Source: a virus (lineage: Duplodnaviria; Caudoviricetes). Taken from it: 52,167 nucleotides of DNA. Position 1 is the first letter of the stretch; each line of letters begins with the position of its first letter. The stretch covers positions 1 to 52,167 of IMG/VR virus record IMGVR_UViG_3300015245_000043. One strand, written 5' to 3'. Below are positions 17,501 to 27,411 of the stretch, in pieces. The translations under genes were made by a program, and so were the position numbers. The notes beneath the pieces were generated by a model. It was not told the DNA's origin. It ran no database searches and saw nothing but the letters and a program-made list of their open reading frames with translations.

Positions 17501-20500
17501 CTCAGCGGCGCCTCGAATTCGCCCGCGATCTTGTCGATGTTGGCGGCGATCTTCGGTTCGGTTCGGAAGCCAGCGGCCAGGCCGACGAGCTTGTCACCAT
17601 CGTAGAACGCGAACACGCTCCCGTCCTTGTCGGCCTTGACATCGAGACCGTGCTGGTTGACGGCATAGTCATAGAATTTAGCGTTCATCGCGACGACCTT
17701 GTCGCCGACCTTGCCGTACACGGTCGTCAGCTTCTCGCTAACCTGGTGCGCGAAGATGGGCTTGAATTCCTTGGTCGCCGCCTTCCGGCTCTTGTCCATG
17801 AATTCGCGCATCTGCTCTGCGTTGCGCGCGGCTTCCTTGATCGGCAGCTTCGACTTGCCCCACGCCTCGTCGTAGGCGGGATCGAAGCCCTTGCGCCAGA
17901 TCATGTTGCCAGTGCCTTGCCAGTCGCCCGCGCGCACGCGCTGATCGCCGACTTCGATCATGTCGCGCGGCGACGCTTTGTCGATGTCCTCGACGGCATG
18001 GTAACCCTCGCGCAGCGTCGGCGGCTCAGGGTAGCCGGTCTTTTTCAGATGCTCGTAGACGGCGATCTCGATCCTGGCCTTGCGCGCCTTCTCCATCATG
18101 GCGTGACGCTGTTGGTTCATGCCCTGACCCTTGGTCTGCTCCAGGGCATGTTCGGCGCCGGCGATCTCCTCCCGCGCTCGACCGATCATCTCGTCGAAGT
18201 GCTTATCGGTGTACTTGGTCTCGCGGTTCCAATAGGCGTCGACCAGGTTGCGATATTTCTCGCGCGCCTCATTGAGGTCGAGACCCTTCACGCCCTCGAA
18301 AGGCGGTCGATCCGCTTCCGGCGCTGGCTCGACGCGCTCGCCTAGATCAGTCTGCGGCTCTGACACAGGCTCCTCGACGGGCGCCTTGGCCTTCCGCGCA
18401 CGCGCCGGCTTCTTCGGTGCCGGCGTCGGTTGTGTTTCTACCGCCGGTCCCTGAGCTTCCGGTTGTGGCGCTGGCTCTGGCGCTGCCTCAGTCGCAACCT
18501 CTGGCGCAGGTTGCTCCGTTGCTCGCGCCTGTGCAACCGGCTCCTCGACCGGCGTTACTCGCTCCTGTGCAGCCGGCTCCGGCGCCGCAGCGGGACGATG
18601 CTCCGGCGCCGGCTCCGCTGCCGGTTCCGGCTGCGGCGCAGTTCTCGCCGCCGGTCCCGGTGCCTCCTTGATCGCCAGGGGCGCCAGGGGCGCCTCCTGG
18701 CGTGCCTGCGGCCTCTCTGGCGGTGGCTCAGGCCCGCCGGGCGGTGCTTGCCCCTCTCCCCCTGGCGGCGGCTCCTGCGGCCCGCCAGGCGCCTCGCCGG
18801 CCGGCGGCTCCTCGTAGCGCGTGAATTCGCGAGCGGAGAACCCTTCGCCCCTTGGATGATTGACGATCTCGAAGCGCTGGTCGGTCGCCTGCTGCGCCCG
18901 CACGATCCAACGCGCCGCCTGCTTCTGGTCGCCGAAGATGATCGGCCCGCCGCCGGTCGAAAGGACATAGCCATCGGGATCGGTGTGATACCGACCGTCC
19001 TGGTCCGGCGGCTGCGGTGTGTTGGTCGAGCGCTTCCCCTCGTAGCGCTGCCGCGCCCGCGCCTGTGCCTGCTCCTGCTCGCTGCGGCGGTACTGTGTGC
19101 GCTCGCGCTGCGACCGCGCCCTTTCCTCAGCCTGGCGCCGCATCTCCTCGTGGAAGCGGCGCATGACATCCTCGAAGGTCGGACGCGGCCGACCAGGGTG
19201 AGGACCGCCCGGCTGTTCGGGAAACGGCGCACGGCCGACGTGCGGCGGCTCGCCGACATCGGGCGGCGTCATCCGGTAGGTCTGGCGCTGCTCGCGGCCG
19301 ACACCCTCGCCTGGCATGCGCGCCGTCTCCGGCGGACGCGGCCCGCGCACGCGCTGCTGTACGTCCTGTGCCAGGCGCGGCTCCTTGGCGTAGCTCGTCG
19401 TCGAAAGGTTCCGCATCGGCACAACGTAGTCGATCGATCCCTCGACATCGCGGCCGGTCCTGGGATCGTAGCGCCGCACGACCGCATTCTTGCCTTGCTG
19501 CCGGACCACGCGAACCGGGAAGCCCTGGTCGAGGATCACGCGCTCCGGCGAAGCACCCATCGTGCGCCCGGCCGGTGACACGTCGACGGCGCCCGGCGTC
19601 TCGACCGCTCGCGCCCGCTGCCGCTCAGCAAGCGCGAAGGCACCGCCGGCTTCTCTCTGCCCCTGAATATCCGTCGGCGTCATTGGCTGGCGTGCTGCCG
19701 GTGCCGTCAGCCGCGCCGCTCCGGCCTCGATCGCGGGCGCGCCCTGCCCCTCCTCGGCGCGCATGCCGGCGCCGCCTTCGGCTCCCATCGCCCGCGCCTG
19801 GTGCGCGATCTCCTCCGGCGTCAGCCTGGTCGGCTGCGGCTCGATCACCGCCGACAGGTTGTACTTGCCGCTGCGAAGCTCCGTCGCCAGCGGCAGGCGC
19901 TCCTCGGCAGCGTAGCGCTCCGGCGTGATCACACCAGGCAGCGGCTCGCGCGCACGCGGCAGGTTGGCCGCGCCGGGCGCGATCTCGCCTTCTGCGACGC
20001 CAGTGATCTCGCGCCGCAGCGTCTCGACTTCGGCCTCTTGCTGACGCCCCTGCTTCGCCGCCGGCCCGCGCCGCTGCTCCGGCGGAACCGGCGCGCCCCC
20101 TTCGACCGGCGGCTGCTCTGTCATTGACAACCGCTCTTGCGTCGCCGCCGCCTGTCTCGCCTTCTCGACCGGATCGGCTTCGGCGGCCCGCCGCGTCTCC
20201 AGTCGCTTGGTCAGCACGTCGACCTGCTGCGGCGTCAATTGATCGGCGTGCGCGTCGATGAACGCCTGCACGTCGGGAGAGCGCGCGAATTCCGCCTGCT
20301 CCTCCGGCGTGATAGTCGAGACATCGATCGCCTCCGGCCGCACGCCGCGCTTGCGCGACAACCAATTCTTCGCGATCCCGATGAAGCGCCCGGCGATCGG
20401 CAACGCACCGCCGCCGACGGCGCTGGTGACGCCGGCCATAAGCGTCTGCGTCGGATCGTATTCCTTCCGCGCGCCGGTCGAGACCTGCGACCGCTGCACG

Positions 20501-21525
20501 ATTGGATCGGTGAGCAGACCGATCAAGCCATTGACGACGGCTTCGCGCCCGGCGGTCCTGAGCAGCGTCGCGCCGCGCCCGGCCGGGATGTAGTTCTCCG
20601 GTGAGAGCATGCCGCCGCCAAGCTCGCCGCCGACGGCGGCGACGTAGCCGGCGACATCATGCGCGCCCGGCATCGCCTCGTACTGACCGGCGACCTGATG
20701 CTCGCGCGCCAGCCAGCCGCCGTGCATCTGGTCATACTGAGCCTGCGCCCGGTTGCGCTCGCTGCGGAGATCATCGAGCGATCGGCCGGCGAACGGCCCG
20801 CCAAGCGTCTGCTGCGCGACATCGTTCGGGTCCATCGCAGCCGGCGCGATAATCCCGGTCAGCGGATCGCGAACCGGCGCCTGCGGCGAGATGTAGGTCT
20901 TGCTGGCACCGCCCGGCAGCGGCAGCGTCTCCTTGACCGGCATCTGAAAATCGCTGCCAAGCGGAAGCGCGACGTTGCTGCCCTGGCCCTCCGCGTAGGC
21001 GATGATCGCGTCAAGCTGCTCGACCTGGCGCGCGTACTGCTCGCCGGCTTGAACATTCGACCGCGCCTGGCCCAACAAGGTGTTCTCGAAGCCGCGCTCG
21101 CCATGCGCCAGGAAGCGCTCGCCGGCCGTCGGGTCGGCGATTGGCAATTGCGCCGCTGCGGCAATCGTCGGTCCCGGCCGCTGCGCCGTCTGCGTCGCAA
21201 TGTCTGCGGCTTGCACCGTCGGCCCGGCGCGCATCGTCGTGCCGGTGTTCGGATCGTAGGCGGGGATCGCCTGCGGCGGCGTCGGCGCGCCGAAGATGTC
21301 GGGCAGCGTGCGCGCCAGGTCGGCGTGCAGCGTCGGCGATGCCGCCGGTCGCGGCGCTGAGACTTCGGCGTCGCTGAAAGTCCGCTTCGCCGTCGGCGCC
21401 GCTGGCGCTGCCGACTGCTGCGGCGCTGAGACTTCGGCGTCGCTAAAGGTCCGCTTCCTAACAGGCGTCTCGGTCGCCGCTGCCGGCGTGAACAGGAGCG
21501 GGATACTCAGCCGATCATCGGGCAT
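14542..21525 (-). CDS. Very large internal virion / DNA ejection protein
   Basis: 2327 aa, last gene of the virion operon, helical Ala-rich C-terminal region with GYVPGYLPR motif as in T7 gp16-like ejection proteins; long Pro/Glu-rich central linker. Confidence 0.75.
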   Translation of the reverse strand: MPDDRLSIPLLFTPAAATETPVRKRTFSDAEVSAPQQSAAPAAPTAKRTFSDAEVSAPRPAASPTLHADLARTLPDIFGAPTPPQAIPAYDPNTGTTMRAGPTVQAADIATQTAQRPGPTIAAAAQLPIADPTAGERFLAHGERGFENTLLGQARSNVQAGEQYARQVEQLDAIIAYAEGQGSNVALPLGSDFQMPVKETLPLPGGASKTYISPQAPVRDPLTGIIAPAAMDPNDVAQQTLGGPFAGRSLDDLRSERNRAQAQYDQMHGGWLAREHQVAGQYEAMPGAHDVAGYVAAVGGELGGGMLSPENYIPAGRGATLLRTAGREAVVNGLIGLLTDPIVQRSQVSTGARKEYDPTQTLMAGVTSAVGGGALPIAGRFIGIAKNWLSRKRGVRPEAIDVSTITPEEQAEFARSPDVQAFIDAHADQLTPQQVDVLTKRLETRRAAEADPVEKARQAAATQERLSMTEQPPVEGGAPVPPEQRRGPAAKQGRQQEAEVETLRREITGVAEGEIAPGAANLPRAREPLPGVITPERYAAEERLPLATELRSGKYNLSAVIEPQPTRLTPEEIAHQARAMGAEGGAGMRAEEGQGAPAIEAGAARLTAPAARQPMTPTDIQGQREAGGAFALAERQRARAVETPGAVDVSPAGRTMGASPERVILDQGFPVRVVRQQGKNAVVRRYDPRTGRDVEGSIDYVVPMRNLSTTSYAKEPRLAQDVQQRVRGPRPPETARMPGEGVGREQRQTYRMTPPDVGEPPHVGRAPFPEQPGGPHPGRPRPTFEDVMRRFHEEMRRQAEERARSQRERTQYRRSEQEQAQARARQRYEGKRSTNTPQPPDQDGRYHTDPDGYVLSTGGGPIIFGDQKQAARWIVRAQQATDQRFEIVNHPRGEGFSAREFTRYEEPPAGEAPGGPQEPPPGGEGQAPPGGPEPPPERPQARQEAPLAPLAIKEAPGPAARTAPQPEPAAEPAPEHRPAAAPEPAAQERVTPVEEPVAQARATEQPAPEVATEAAPEPAPQPEAQGPAVETQPTPAPKKPARARKAKAPVEEPVSEPQTDLGERVEPAPEADRPPFEGVKGLDLNEAREKYRNLVDAYWNRETKYTDKHFDEMIGRAREEIAGAEHALEQTKGQGMNQQRHAMMEKARKARIEIAVYEHLKKTGYPEPPTLREGYHAVEDIDKASPRDMIEVGDQRVRAGDWQGTGNMIWRKGFDPAYDEAWGKSKLPIKEAARNAEQMREFMDKSRKAATKEFKPIFAHQVSEKLTTVYGKVGDKVVAMNAKFYDYAVNQHGLDVKADKDGSVFAFYDGDKLVGLAAGFRTEPKIAANIDKIAGEFEAPLSGKEAMKYRKAPRPAPEARMSQPRTGAEPFKPSKEQKATAQRLQKEFTSSLEEPRAEAAAAQERRIAEYTAESKRKTEAPFPTEEERAAESARERKISDYENAIDSMTKSAQGRYTQAVPGGSHMEPSVALGFRDGVHGVDRRSTGPSYDFGRRAGAEFAKEHPAPPGYEAPTFVERTLQTARGAETKMVIPNTLEAIEGVLERTSGSKGLSTFYSNPMFDPALWRKLAGDIGGLGRTIGNALTKTASGATYIAKRGRDEGRALGLTPMGSVLHAIRAKYAHSKALAEHVDMIATDRGSGRHQPETFAEAVERSSNAFANKVENAIEAAFGRFSKPEERAVLGDLLARRRPSGRVTPEIRKAWSELRHLLDLRHFDAEKVGAGIGYVPGYLPRMLDTDAVGKDREGFIKAAGSMFKKMGFDDHVTAAETLFQQAIFGDDIEFSRPGLGFGQRHEKPRSFPKEADEVMRKYLLHDPLELLQRYGIASARRIESARRFGPNGEKMQERLRQASRDGLSTEDFQTVQRLTQAILGHGTYSADNTVSSHLASAINLLGQVALLPLSAISSLSEPFTAAVTRGGFRGALDGAKAFGHTFAQLSGGAFYKEAQDFARMNGIISRGGMEQIMHNRFGDQAFKRWQRRITEQFYERNLLAKLTRGQRTAMTIVGRAQLDQMTRAAAAGDATAKLELRELGIDEANLPKFAKFLTDHDGYVTIDQMAKAGEMGRQYSQAVARLVDYTIQNPKKYDKAERATTSQRAIFALMSFNYAYWRNVQKSTLRKIAQGAKTGDPSRVISMMAGYSVAAGMAMLFGYGREKLLNGDQWEQRPDTDKAMLLATRSNLFGLLDPIVNTLVGGLKYDRSFADLGIGAYAAIPYQLADATMEYLRDTSHTNTSKRKLVRAIYGSTVLPLIEGGISALPAGRLGVVGEAIASSTMFSSAAPMVKNAIVDLFAGKKHTRKSGGAAGFRESASSGSGFRQSTGESAGFR

Positions 21526-23250
21526 CTACGGCTCCTCCCACTCTGCCCCCGGTACGCCTGTCCAACGCAGCGGCCCATGTGCCGGCGTGTCGTAGACCGT
21601 GCCGACGACGCGGTCCTGCGCGGCCGGCATCGCCGTCGATTGCGCGGGCGCCGCCGCTGACGCGGTTCCGGCGGCAGGCGCAGCCGGCGTCGCGGGCGCC
21701 TGTTTCGGCACCATCGAGAAGTCAGTCGCGTTGAACGGTCCCGACGGATCAGTCGGCTTGGCGATGTCGTAATTGCTATTGAGCCAGTTCAAGCCGGCGA
21801 CGACGGCATCATTGATGTTCCCGTTGCTGGTGTTCCAGGCATCGTCGACCGCCTTGACATAGGCGGTGAGGTCGGCGTCGGGCAACGTGCCTAGCACGTT
21901 CTGCGTGAAGTAATTGATGTCGACGCCAAGCTGGTTGCTGAGCAGTTCGCGAATGCGCTGATCGTCGGCCGGCGTCGGCTGTCCGACCTTGGTCGTCGCG
22001 CCGCCGCTAACCACGTCAGGCATCTTCGGCGCGGTGACCTTTAGCTCCAGCAAGCCAGTGTTCGGATTGCGCTCGTAGACGCTGGCACCGCCGGACACTT
22101 CGAGCGGCGCTTCCGGTTTCGGCGCGGTGTAGACACCGCCTCCCGGCCCGAAGATGTCAGGAACGCCGCCGCTGGCGTCGGCGACTTGAACAGGTTGTTG
22201 CTGCGTCACCGCCGCCTGCGTCGTCTGCGCCTGATCCGGTTGCAGCCCGGCATTGCGGAGGATGTCGGTCACATAGTCAGTCGTCGACGCCGGTCGCCCG
22301 CCGATGCCGCCCTTCTCATAATTACCAGCGCCCCAATTGTAGGCGGTCAGCGCGGCGTCCCAGGTGCCGTACTGCTTCTTCAACCCTGAGAGATACTGCG
22401 CGGCGAAGTGAATGTCGGCGCCAGGATCGACGCCTGGCGTGTAGGGATCGGCGCCGTAGCCTGGCGCGGCGGCGGTGTCGACCATCGTCTGCGCCATGCC
22501 GCGCTCGCCCGACGTGCCAAGGGCATTGAGCCGGAATTTGCTCTCACGCCACAGAACCTCCGTCAGTATCTCCGGCGGGATACCGCTGGCCTCGGCCTCA
22601 TCGAGGATCGTCTGCTTATAGACTTCCGGCGCCTGGTGCGGCGTCGGCTGCACAGGAAGCTGCTCCGATTGAACCGACGCGGTCTGCGGCGCGATCGTGT
22701 CAGCCATCGAGGTCGGCGCCGTCGTCGACGCGAACCGCGACTTCGGCATGACGACCTGCTCGCCTGGTGACAAGGTGATCGGCTTGCCGCGCGAGATGGC
22801 TTCGGCTTCCTGTTGCGATCCCGCGAAGTCGAGACCGGGATCGGTGCCGGTCGCGATCAGCGCGTTGCGCTTGAAGTCGCTGCCGCCGCCGCTATAGGCC
22901 GCGCCCGTCCGCATCAGATCGGCCAGATCGGACGGCTTGTAGTCGGCGCCGATCGCATACTGACTGAGGTACGGCATCGCCTGCCGGTAGTTTTCTTCCG
23001 ACAAGGTCTGTCCCTGCGGGACATTGAATACCGTCGACATCGCCGTCTGTAGGCTCTCCAGCGCCTTGTCGGCGCGCAGCTTGCGGTTGATCTCGTCGTA
23101 GGTCTTGGTCGTCTCGGCTTCGCGGTAGGCGCCAAGCTGCGCCTTGTCACTCGTCGCCGGATCGCCGAACAACGCCAGACCAAGATTGGAGAACCCTGCG
23201 TTCCAAGGGTTGTCAGACGACATCGGGTTGCTGATCTTCGCCATGACCAT
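21526..23250 (-). CDS. Internal virion protein with lytic transglycosylase (SLT) domain
   Basis: LWRESKF..GERGMAQTM..TA..AAQYL..ALTAYNWGAG SLT motifs. Confidence 0.85.
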   Translation of the reverse strand: MVMAKISNPMSSDNPWNAGFSNLGLALFGDPATSDKAQLGAYREAETTKTYDEINRKLRADKALESLQTAMSTVFNVPQGQTLSEENYRQAMPYLSQYAIGADYKPSDLADLMRTGAAYSGGGSDFKRNALIATGTDPGLDFAGSQQEAEAISRGKPITLSPGEQVVMPKSRFASTTAPTSMADTIAPQTASVQSEQLPVQPTPHQAPEVYKQTILDEAEASGIPPEILTEVLWRESKFRLNALGTSGERGMAQTMVDTAAAPGYGADPYTPGVDPGADIHFAAQYLSGLKKQYGTWDAALTAYNWGAGNYEKGGIGGRPASTTDYVTDILRNAGLQPDQAQTTQAAVTQQQPVQVADASGGVPDIFGPGGGVYTAPKPEAPLEVSGGASVYERNPNTGLLELKVTAPKMPDVVSGGATTKVGQPTPADDQRIRELLSNQLGVDINYFTQNVLGTLPDADLTAYVKAVDDAWNTSNGNINDAVVAGLNWLNSNYDIAKPTDPSGPFNATDFSMVPKQAPATPAAPAAGTASAAAPAQSTAMPAAQDRVVGTVYDTPAHGPLRWTGVPGAEWEEP

Positions 23251-23254
23251 TGTC

Positions 23255-23938
23255 CTACGGATGACTGCCGCCAAGCATCTGGTTGTACCAATTCAAGTTC
23301 TGTGTGTCGGCCGGCGTCATCGCCGGCATCGTCGTGCCGCTCGTCGGCACCTTCATCATCATGCCGCCGGCCGATGACAGCATGTCGCCTAGCGGAACCT
23401 TCGGCTTCGCGCCCTGCACGTTGGCGATGTCCATCTCTCCGGCGTTCTGCCAGCCTTGCATGAAATTCGCCCGCGTGCCGATCTCCTGCCCCAGGTTGGT
23501 CAGCCCCAGGTTTTGCAGCCAGGTGTTCGCATCGAAGCCAGACATCTTCGCCTGCCCGGCAAGTTGCGCCCGCGCCATGTCGAGCTTGGTCCCTAGCTGC
23601 TTCGCGGCCTCGGTCTTGACGATCGTCGGCGTTCCCTCATCAGTTTTGATGATGTTCATCTCTGGCGGCTTGTCGGCGGCGGCGGCCTCGTAGGCTTGCT
23701 GTCGCTTCGCCGTCTCCTCGTCGATTGCCTGGCGCTGCTGCTCCGGTGACAGCTTGTTCAAGCCCTGCTCCCAGGCTCCGAGCGCCTTCTTGCGCTCATC
23801 CTCGACCTTCTTGCGCGTGAAGTCGGCGATGTCGCCGATCTGCTTGCGCTTCTGCACCGCCTGCGCCGTCTGCATCGCCGCTCCGGCAGCGGCGACGGCC
23901 ATGCCGATCATTGCGGTCGTCGAGATAGGTTCGCCCAT
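23255..23938 (-). CDS. Internal virion protein (T7 gp14-like)
   Basis: MGEPISTTAMIGMAVAAAGAA N-terminus and position in the operon. Confidence 0.65.
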   Translation of the reverse strand: MGEPISTTAMIGMAVAAAGAAMQTAQAVQKRKQIGDIADFTRKKVEDERKKALGAWEQGLNKLSPEQQRQAIDEETAKRQQAYEAAAADKPPEMNIIKTDEGTPTIVKTEAAKQLGTKLDMARAQLAGQAKMSGFDANTWLQNLGLTNLGQEIGTRANFMQGWQNAGEMDIANVQGAKPKVPLGDMLSSAGGMMMKVPTSGTTMPAMTPADTQNLNWYNQMLGGSHP

Positions 23939-23948
23939 CGCGCTGCTC

Positions 23949-24569
23949 CTAGTAGTTCACGGTCCTCGACGCGGCCTTCTTGTATTGATTGCTCACAGGA
24001 TCGAAGGTGTAGCCTGGATAGGGTGTCGTGCCGGAATAGCCGCCGGTCGGCGCCGTCGTCGCCAGGCCCGCCGTCACGTTGCCGAACAAATCGGCGAGCG
24101 GATCGAAGGCCGATGGTTTCGAGAGAAGGTTGGCTTGTGACATCGCCATCTGCGCCGCTGCCGCCGGATCGGCCGTCGCATTCAACGACTGCAAAATCTT
24201 CCCCCTCTCGGCTTCGACGTTGCCCTGCGCCTCCTGCGACTTCTGTAGCCCCTGCTCCGTGATGTTGGTCCGCGCCAGCGCGTAGCGCTTTGACAGGTCG
24301 GCGACGCGCGACGCCGCCTCGCTGGTCTGCGTCGTACCGAATTGTCGAGCGAGAGCATACTTCAATTGCTGTCCGGCCTTGGCGTACTGATCGTCAAGCT
24401 GCGGCAGCGCGAATTCATTGTAGGCTCGCGCCTGGCTCCCATAGAAGTCCGGCGTGAAGCCGGCGAAGGCACCCGCGACCTTGCGCTTGCCCTCAGTGAT
24501 CCGCTTTTGACGGAGCGCTTCTTCCTGCGCGCTGTTGTCGTCGGGACCGCCGCCGCCCATGAACCCCAT
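23949..24569 (-). CDS. Putative internal virion protein
   Basis: MGFMGGGG start, helical Gln/Ala-rich, position between GNAT-like and ejection genes. Confidence 0.6.
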   Translation of the reverse strand: MGFMGGGGPDDNSAQEEALRQKRITEGKRKVAGAFAGFTPDFYGSQARAYNEFALPQLDDQYAKAGQQLKYALARQFGTTQTSEAASRVADLSKRYALARTNITEQGLQKSQEAQGNVEAERGKILQSLNATADPAAAAQMAMSQANLLSKPSAFDPLADLFGNVTAGLATTAPTGGYSGTTPYPGYTFDPVSNQYKKAASRTVNY

Positions 24570-24572
24570 GAT

Positions 24573-25022
24573 CTACCTCCAGGTGAACATCTTGTAGTCC
24601 TCACCATGCCGGCCGTAGCCGACCAGGTCGCAAGTCTCGACCGCGCCCAGGCGACGCAGCCATTTGTGACCATCGATCTTCTCGGCGAGCGTGATGACAT
24701 CGATCCGATGCCACTCGTCGTGCAGGCGCGGAAAGTCGCGCAGGATCATCTTGCTGACCTGCCGCATCACTTCTGGCCAGCGATCGGTCGAGAAGCCCCA
24801 CAACGACCAGACGCCCGGCCGCTCCGGTATGACACCGCAGGCGTAGACCGGCTCGCCATCGGCCGCTGCCGCGATCCAAGCCAGGCTGCTCCGCTGCATC
24901 ACCGCCGCCGTCAACGCCTCGCGACTATCGCTCCAGCGCAGCGAGAACACTTCTAGCTGGTCGATTGCGCGCATGCGCTGCGCGATGTAGTAGACCGCCT
25001 CGAATGTCGGTTTAACCAACAT
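24573..25022 (-). CDS. GNAT-fold virion assembly protein (T7 gp13-like)
   Basis: MRAIDQLEV, GVWSLWGFST, HKWLRRLGA pattern; position after the tail tube gene. Confidence 0.7.
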   Translation of the reverse strand: MLVKPTFEAVYYIAQRMRAIDQLEVFSLRWSDSREALTAAVMQRSSLAWIAAAADGEPVYACGVIPERPGVWSLWGFSTDRWPEVMRQVSKMILRDFPRLHDEWHRIDVITLAEKIDGHKWLRRLGAVETCDLVGYGRHGEDYKMFTWR

Positions 25023-27399
25023 CGGCAAGCTCGTAGTGGATGATGAAATTGGCGAGCCGCGCGGGCGCGGCATCGACACACTCTAGCCGGATGTTCGCGT
25101 GCGTGCCGTAGCCGGCGACCGGAACGCGCTGCATGCTCAGCGTCGGCGCATTGATCTCGGCGACCAGTTCGCGCGCCATCGTGTTCAACGGCTCGAAGCC
25201 AGCGTAGATTTTCCAGTTCCCCTCGACGACCAGGTCGATCGCGTTCCAGTTCTTGAAGTGCGCCGGCTTCTGCACATCGATCAGCGAAAGCTCGACCGCA
25301 AGCAAGCTAGCGTCAATCTCGTCGCCCGTCGGCCCGCCGACCTGGTAAAGCTGATCACCACTCCGACACACCAGCATGTCATCGGCGGTGACGAAATACT
25401 CAGGAACGAAGCCCGGCTTGTAGGTCGACCAGGCCGATACCTTCGAGCCGGGGAATTGCGTATAGGCGTAGATGGTGTCGCCGATCGCCAGCCAATAGCG
25501 CCCGGCGACCGGCTCGATCACGGCCGGCGACTTCGCCGCCTGCGCCGGCCCGACGGTATGGATCGCGGCGACGATGGTCTCGTCGATCGGCGTGCCGATG
25601 TCGTTGACCGCCGCCGCCGTCGAGCTATCGCGCGCTCGCAGGGACCGCACGCCGCTGTCACTGAGATAAAAAACGTCTGCATCTCCGAATTGCTCGACCG
25701 ACGGCGGCGACACCAGGCCAGTGTTCCGCAAGACCTGCTTCTGCACGTTCAACCCCGGATCGACATCGAGCGTCCATATCTGCACATTGCGGCGGGCGAA
25801 CACGGCGACGCCGTTGTAGTAGCGCTCCAGCGCGAGAAGCGTCTGCGACTGGCCGTCCTGATTGACCATGTTGATGAAACCGGCGCCGGTCACATCGGTT
25901 TTCCATTGCGTCGGCTCCTCGACGCCGGAGTAGTGCAAGACGCTCTCAGAGGTCGAGTACATCTTGGTATTGATCGTCTTGACGAAGGCACCAGGCTGAA
26001 ACTCGCTGGCATCGAAGCCGGCGGTCAGCGTGAAGGACGCCGGCAGGATGGTGATGTCGCCGGTCGATTGAACCTCGACGCTGCGCCCGTTGGCATCGGC
26101 GCCCGGCAGATCGGTGACGATATTGATGGTCGTGCCGCTGCGCGTCGCCGTGTACTCCGGCGCCGACACATGCGCGTTGATGCTGTCGACGATGCTCTGC
26201 GCCGTCTCCTCATTACCGCCGGCCCAGGCGATCGGACCATTCGTGATCTCGACGCCGTCGATCTTGATCGACGTGATCTGCGACGCCGCGACGCCGCCGG
26301 TAATGGTGCCGACGTTGGCGATCGTGATGTTAGGACCGTTGTCGGTCGTGACGATCGCCTTGCCGTTGTCGATCGTGTCGTTGGTCTTGCGGATCAACCG
26401 GATCACGCCTAGCGAGCTTTCGGCGGTGTAGGCCGACGGCGCGTTGCCGCCCGCGAAGGCGACGAAGGCGCCAAAGGTCATCTGTGCGGCGGTGCCAGTT
26501 TTCGACGCCACGACCAGCTTACCGTTGTCGACATTCGTGTGCGCCTTGGCCGTCAGCGTGATCACGCCGGCCGCCGCTGCCGCCGTGTAGGGCGACGCCG
26601 CGTTGGCGGTGATGTTGGCGGCGACGGCGGCAGCGGTGACGGCGATGCTGGTGTTGAACGGGACCGGCGCCGTCAGAAGATTAGGCGCGGTCAACGCGCC
26701 GATCTGCACCGCCGTTACCACGCCGCCGGCAGCGGCGGCGGTGATCGTGAAAGAGCCGACCGCCAGCGCGCCGACCAGGTTGGCGTTGATGTTGTTCACG
26801 ACATCGGTCGCCGTCGTCGCGACATCCGTGTTGAACGGGACGTTGCCTGAAAGCAGGTTCTCGTCGAGACCGCTGCCGATCCGCACGGCGTTGACGATGC
26901 CGCCGGCCGCCGCCGCCGTGATCTCGAAGGTGCCGTTGGCCTTGACGCCCGTCACCGTCGTGCCGCCTAGCACCTTGAACTTTCCGCGCGCCCGACCGTC
27001 AAACCAATCGGTGACCAGCGCGCCGTCGTAGAAGTGTGCGACCGTGCCGTCGGCGAATTCAGCACTGACATAGAGCTTGCCGTCGAAGATGTCGTAGGAC
27101 GGGACGCGCACCAGGGCGCTGCCGCCCGACGGATCGACAAGCTGCTGGTAGCCAAGCACGGCATCGAGACCGCCTGGCCTGGCGCCGCTGCCGAACACGT
27201 AGAACTTCCCTAGCAGCGATGCCAGGCCGACCGTGCCGGCGACATTGAGCCAAGGAGCGAAGGAACGCCGCTTGCTGATCTCGCCGCCGCGCGTGATGTG
27301 GCCGTTCTCGCAGACGCGCAAGCTGGCGGCCGGCGCCGTCATCGGATGACGGCGCTTGTCTAGGCCGGCGGCGAAATTGTCGATGATGACATACGGCAT
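25012..27399 (-). CDS. Tail tubular protein B / nozzle (P22 gp10-like) with nested inserted domains
   Basis: NFAAGLD..R, CENGHITRGG, DVFYLSDSGVRSL, SKVSAWS beta-propeller motifs. Confidence 0.8.
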   Translation of the reverse strand: MPYVIIDNFAAGLDKRRHPMTAPAASLRVCENGHITRGGEISKRRSFAPWLNVAGTVGLASLLGKFYVFGSGARPGGLDAVLGYQQLVDPSGGSALVRVPSYDIFDGKLYVSAEFADGTVAHFYDGALVTDWFDGRARGKFKVLGGTTVTGVKANGTFEITAAAAGGIVNAVRIGSGLDENLLSGNVPFNTDVATTATDVVNNINANLVGALAVGSFTITAAAAGGVVTAVQIGALTAPNLLTAPVPFNTSIAVTAAAVAANITANAASPYTAAAAAGVITLTAKAHTNVDNGKLVVASKTGTAAQMTFGAFVAFAGGNAPSAYTAESSLGVIRLIRKTNDTIDNGKAIVTTDNGPNITIANVGTITGGVAASQITSIKIDGVEITNGPIAWAGGNEETAQSIVDSINAHVSAPEYTATRSGTTINIVTDLPGADANGRSVEVQSTGDITILPASFTLTAGFDASEFQPGAFVKTINTKMYSTSESVLHYSGVEEPTQWKTDVTGAGFINMVNQDGQSQTLLALERYYNGVAVFARRNVQIWTLDVDPGLNVQKQVLRNTGLVSPPSVEQFGDADVFYLSDSGVRSLRARDSSTAAAVNDIGTPIDETIVAAIHTVGPAQAAKSPAVIEPVAGRYWLAIGDTIYAYTQFPGSKVSAWSTYKPGFVPEYFVTADDMLVCRSGDQLYQVGGPTGDEIDASLLAVELSLIDVQKPAHFKNWNAIDLVVEGNWKIYAGFEPLNTMARELVAEINAPTLSMQRVPVAGYGTHANIRLECVDAAPARLANFIIHYELADVG

Positions 27400-27411
27400 C
27401 GCCGTGCCTCC

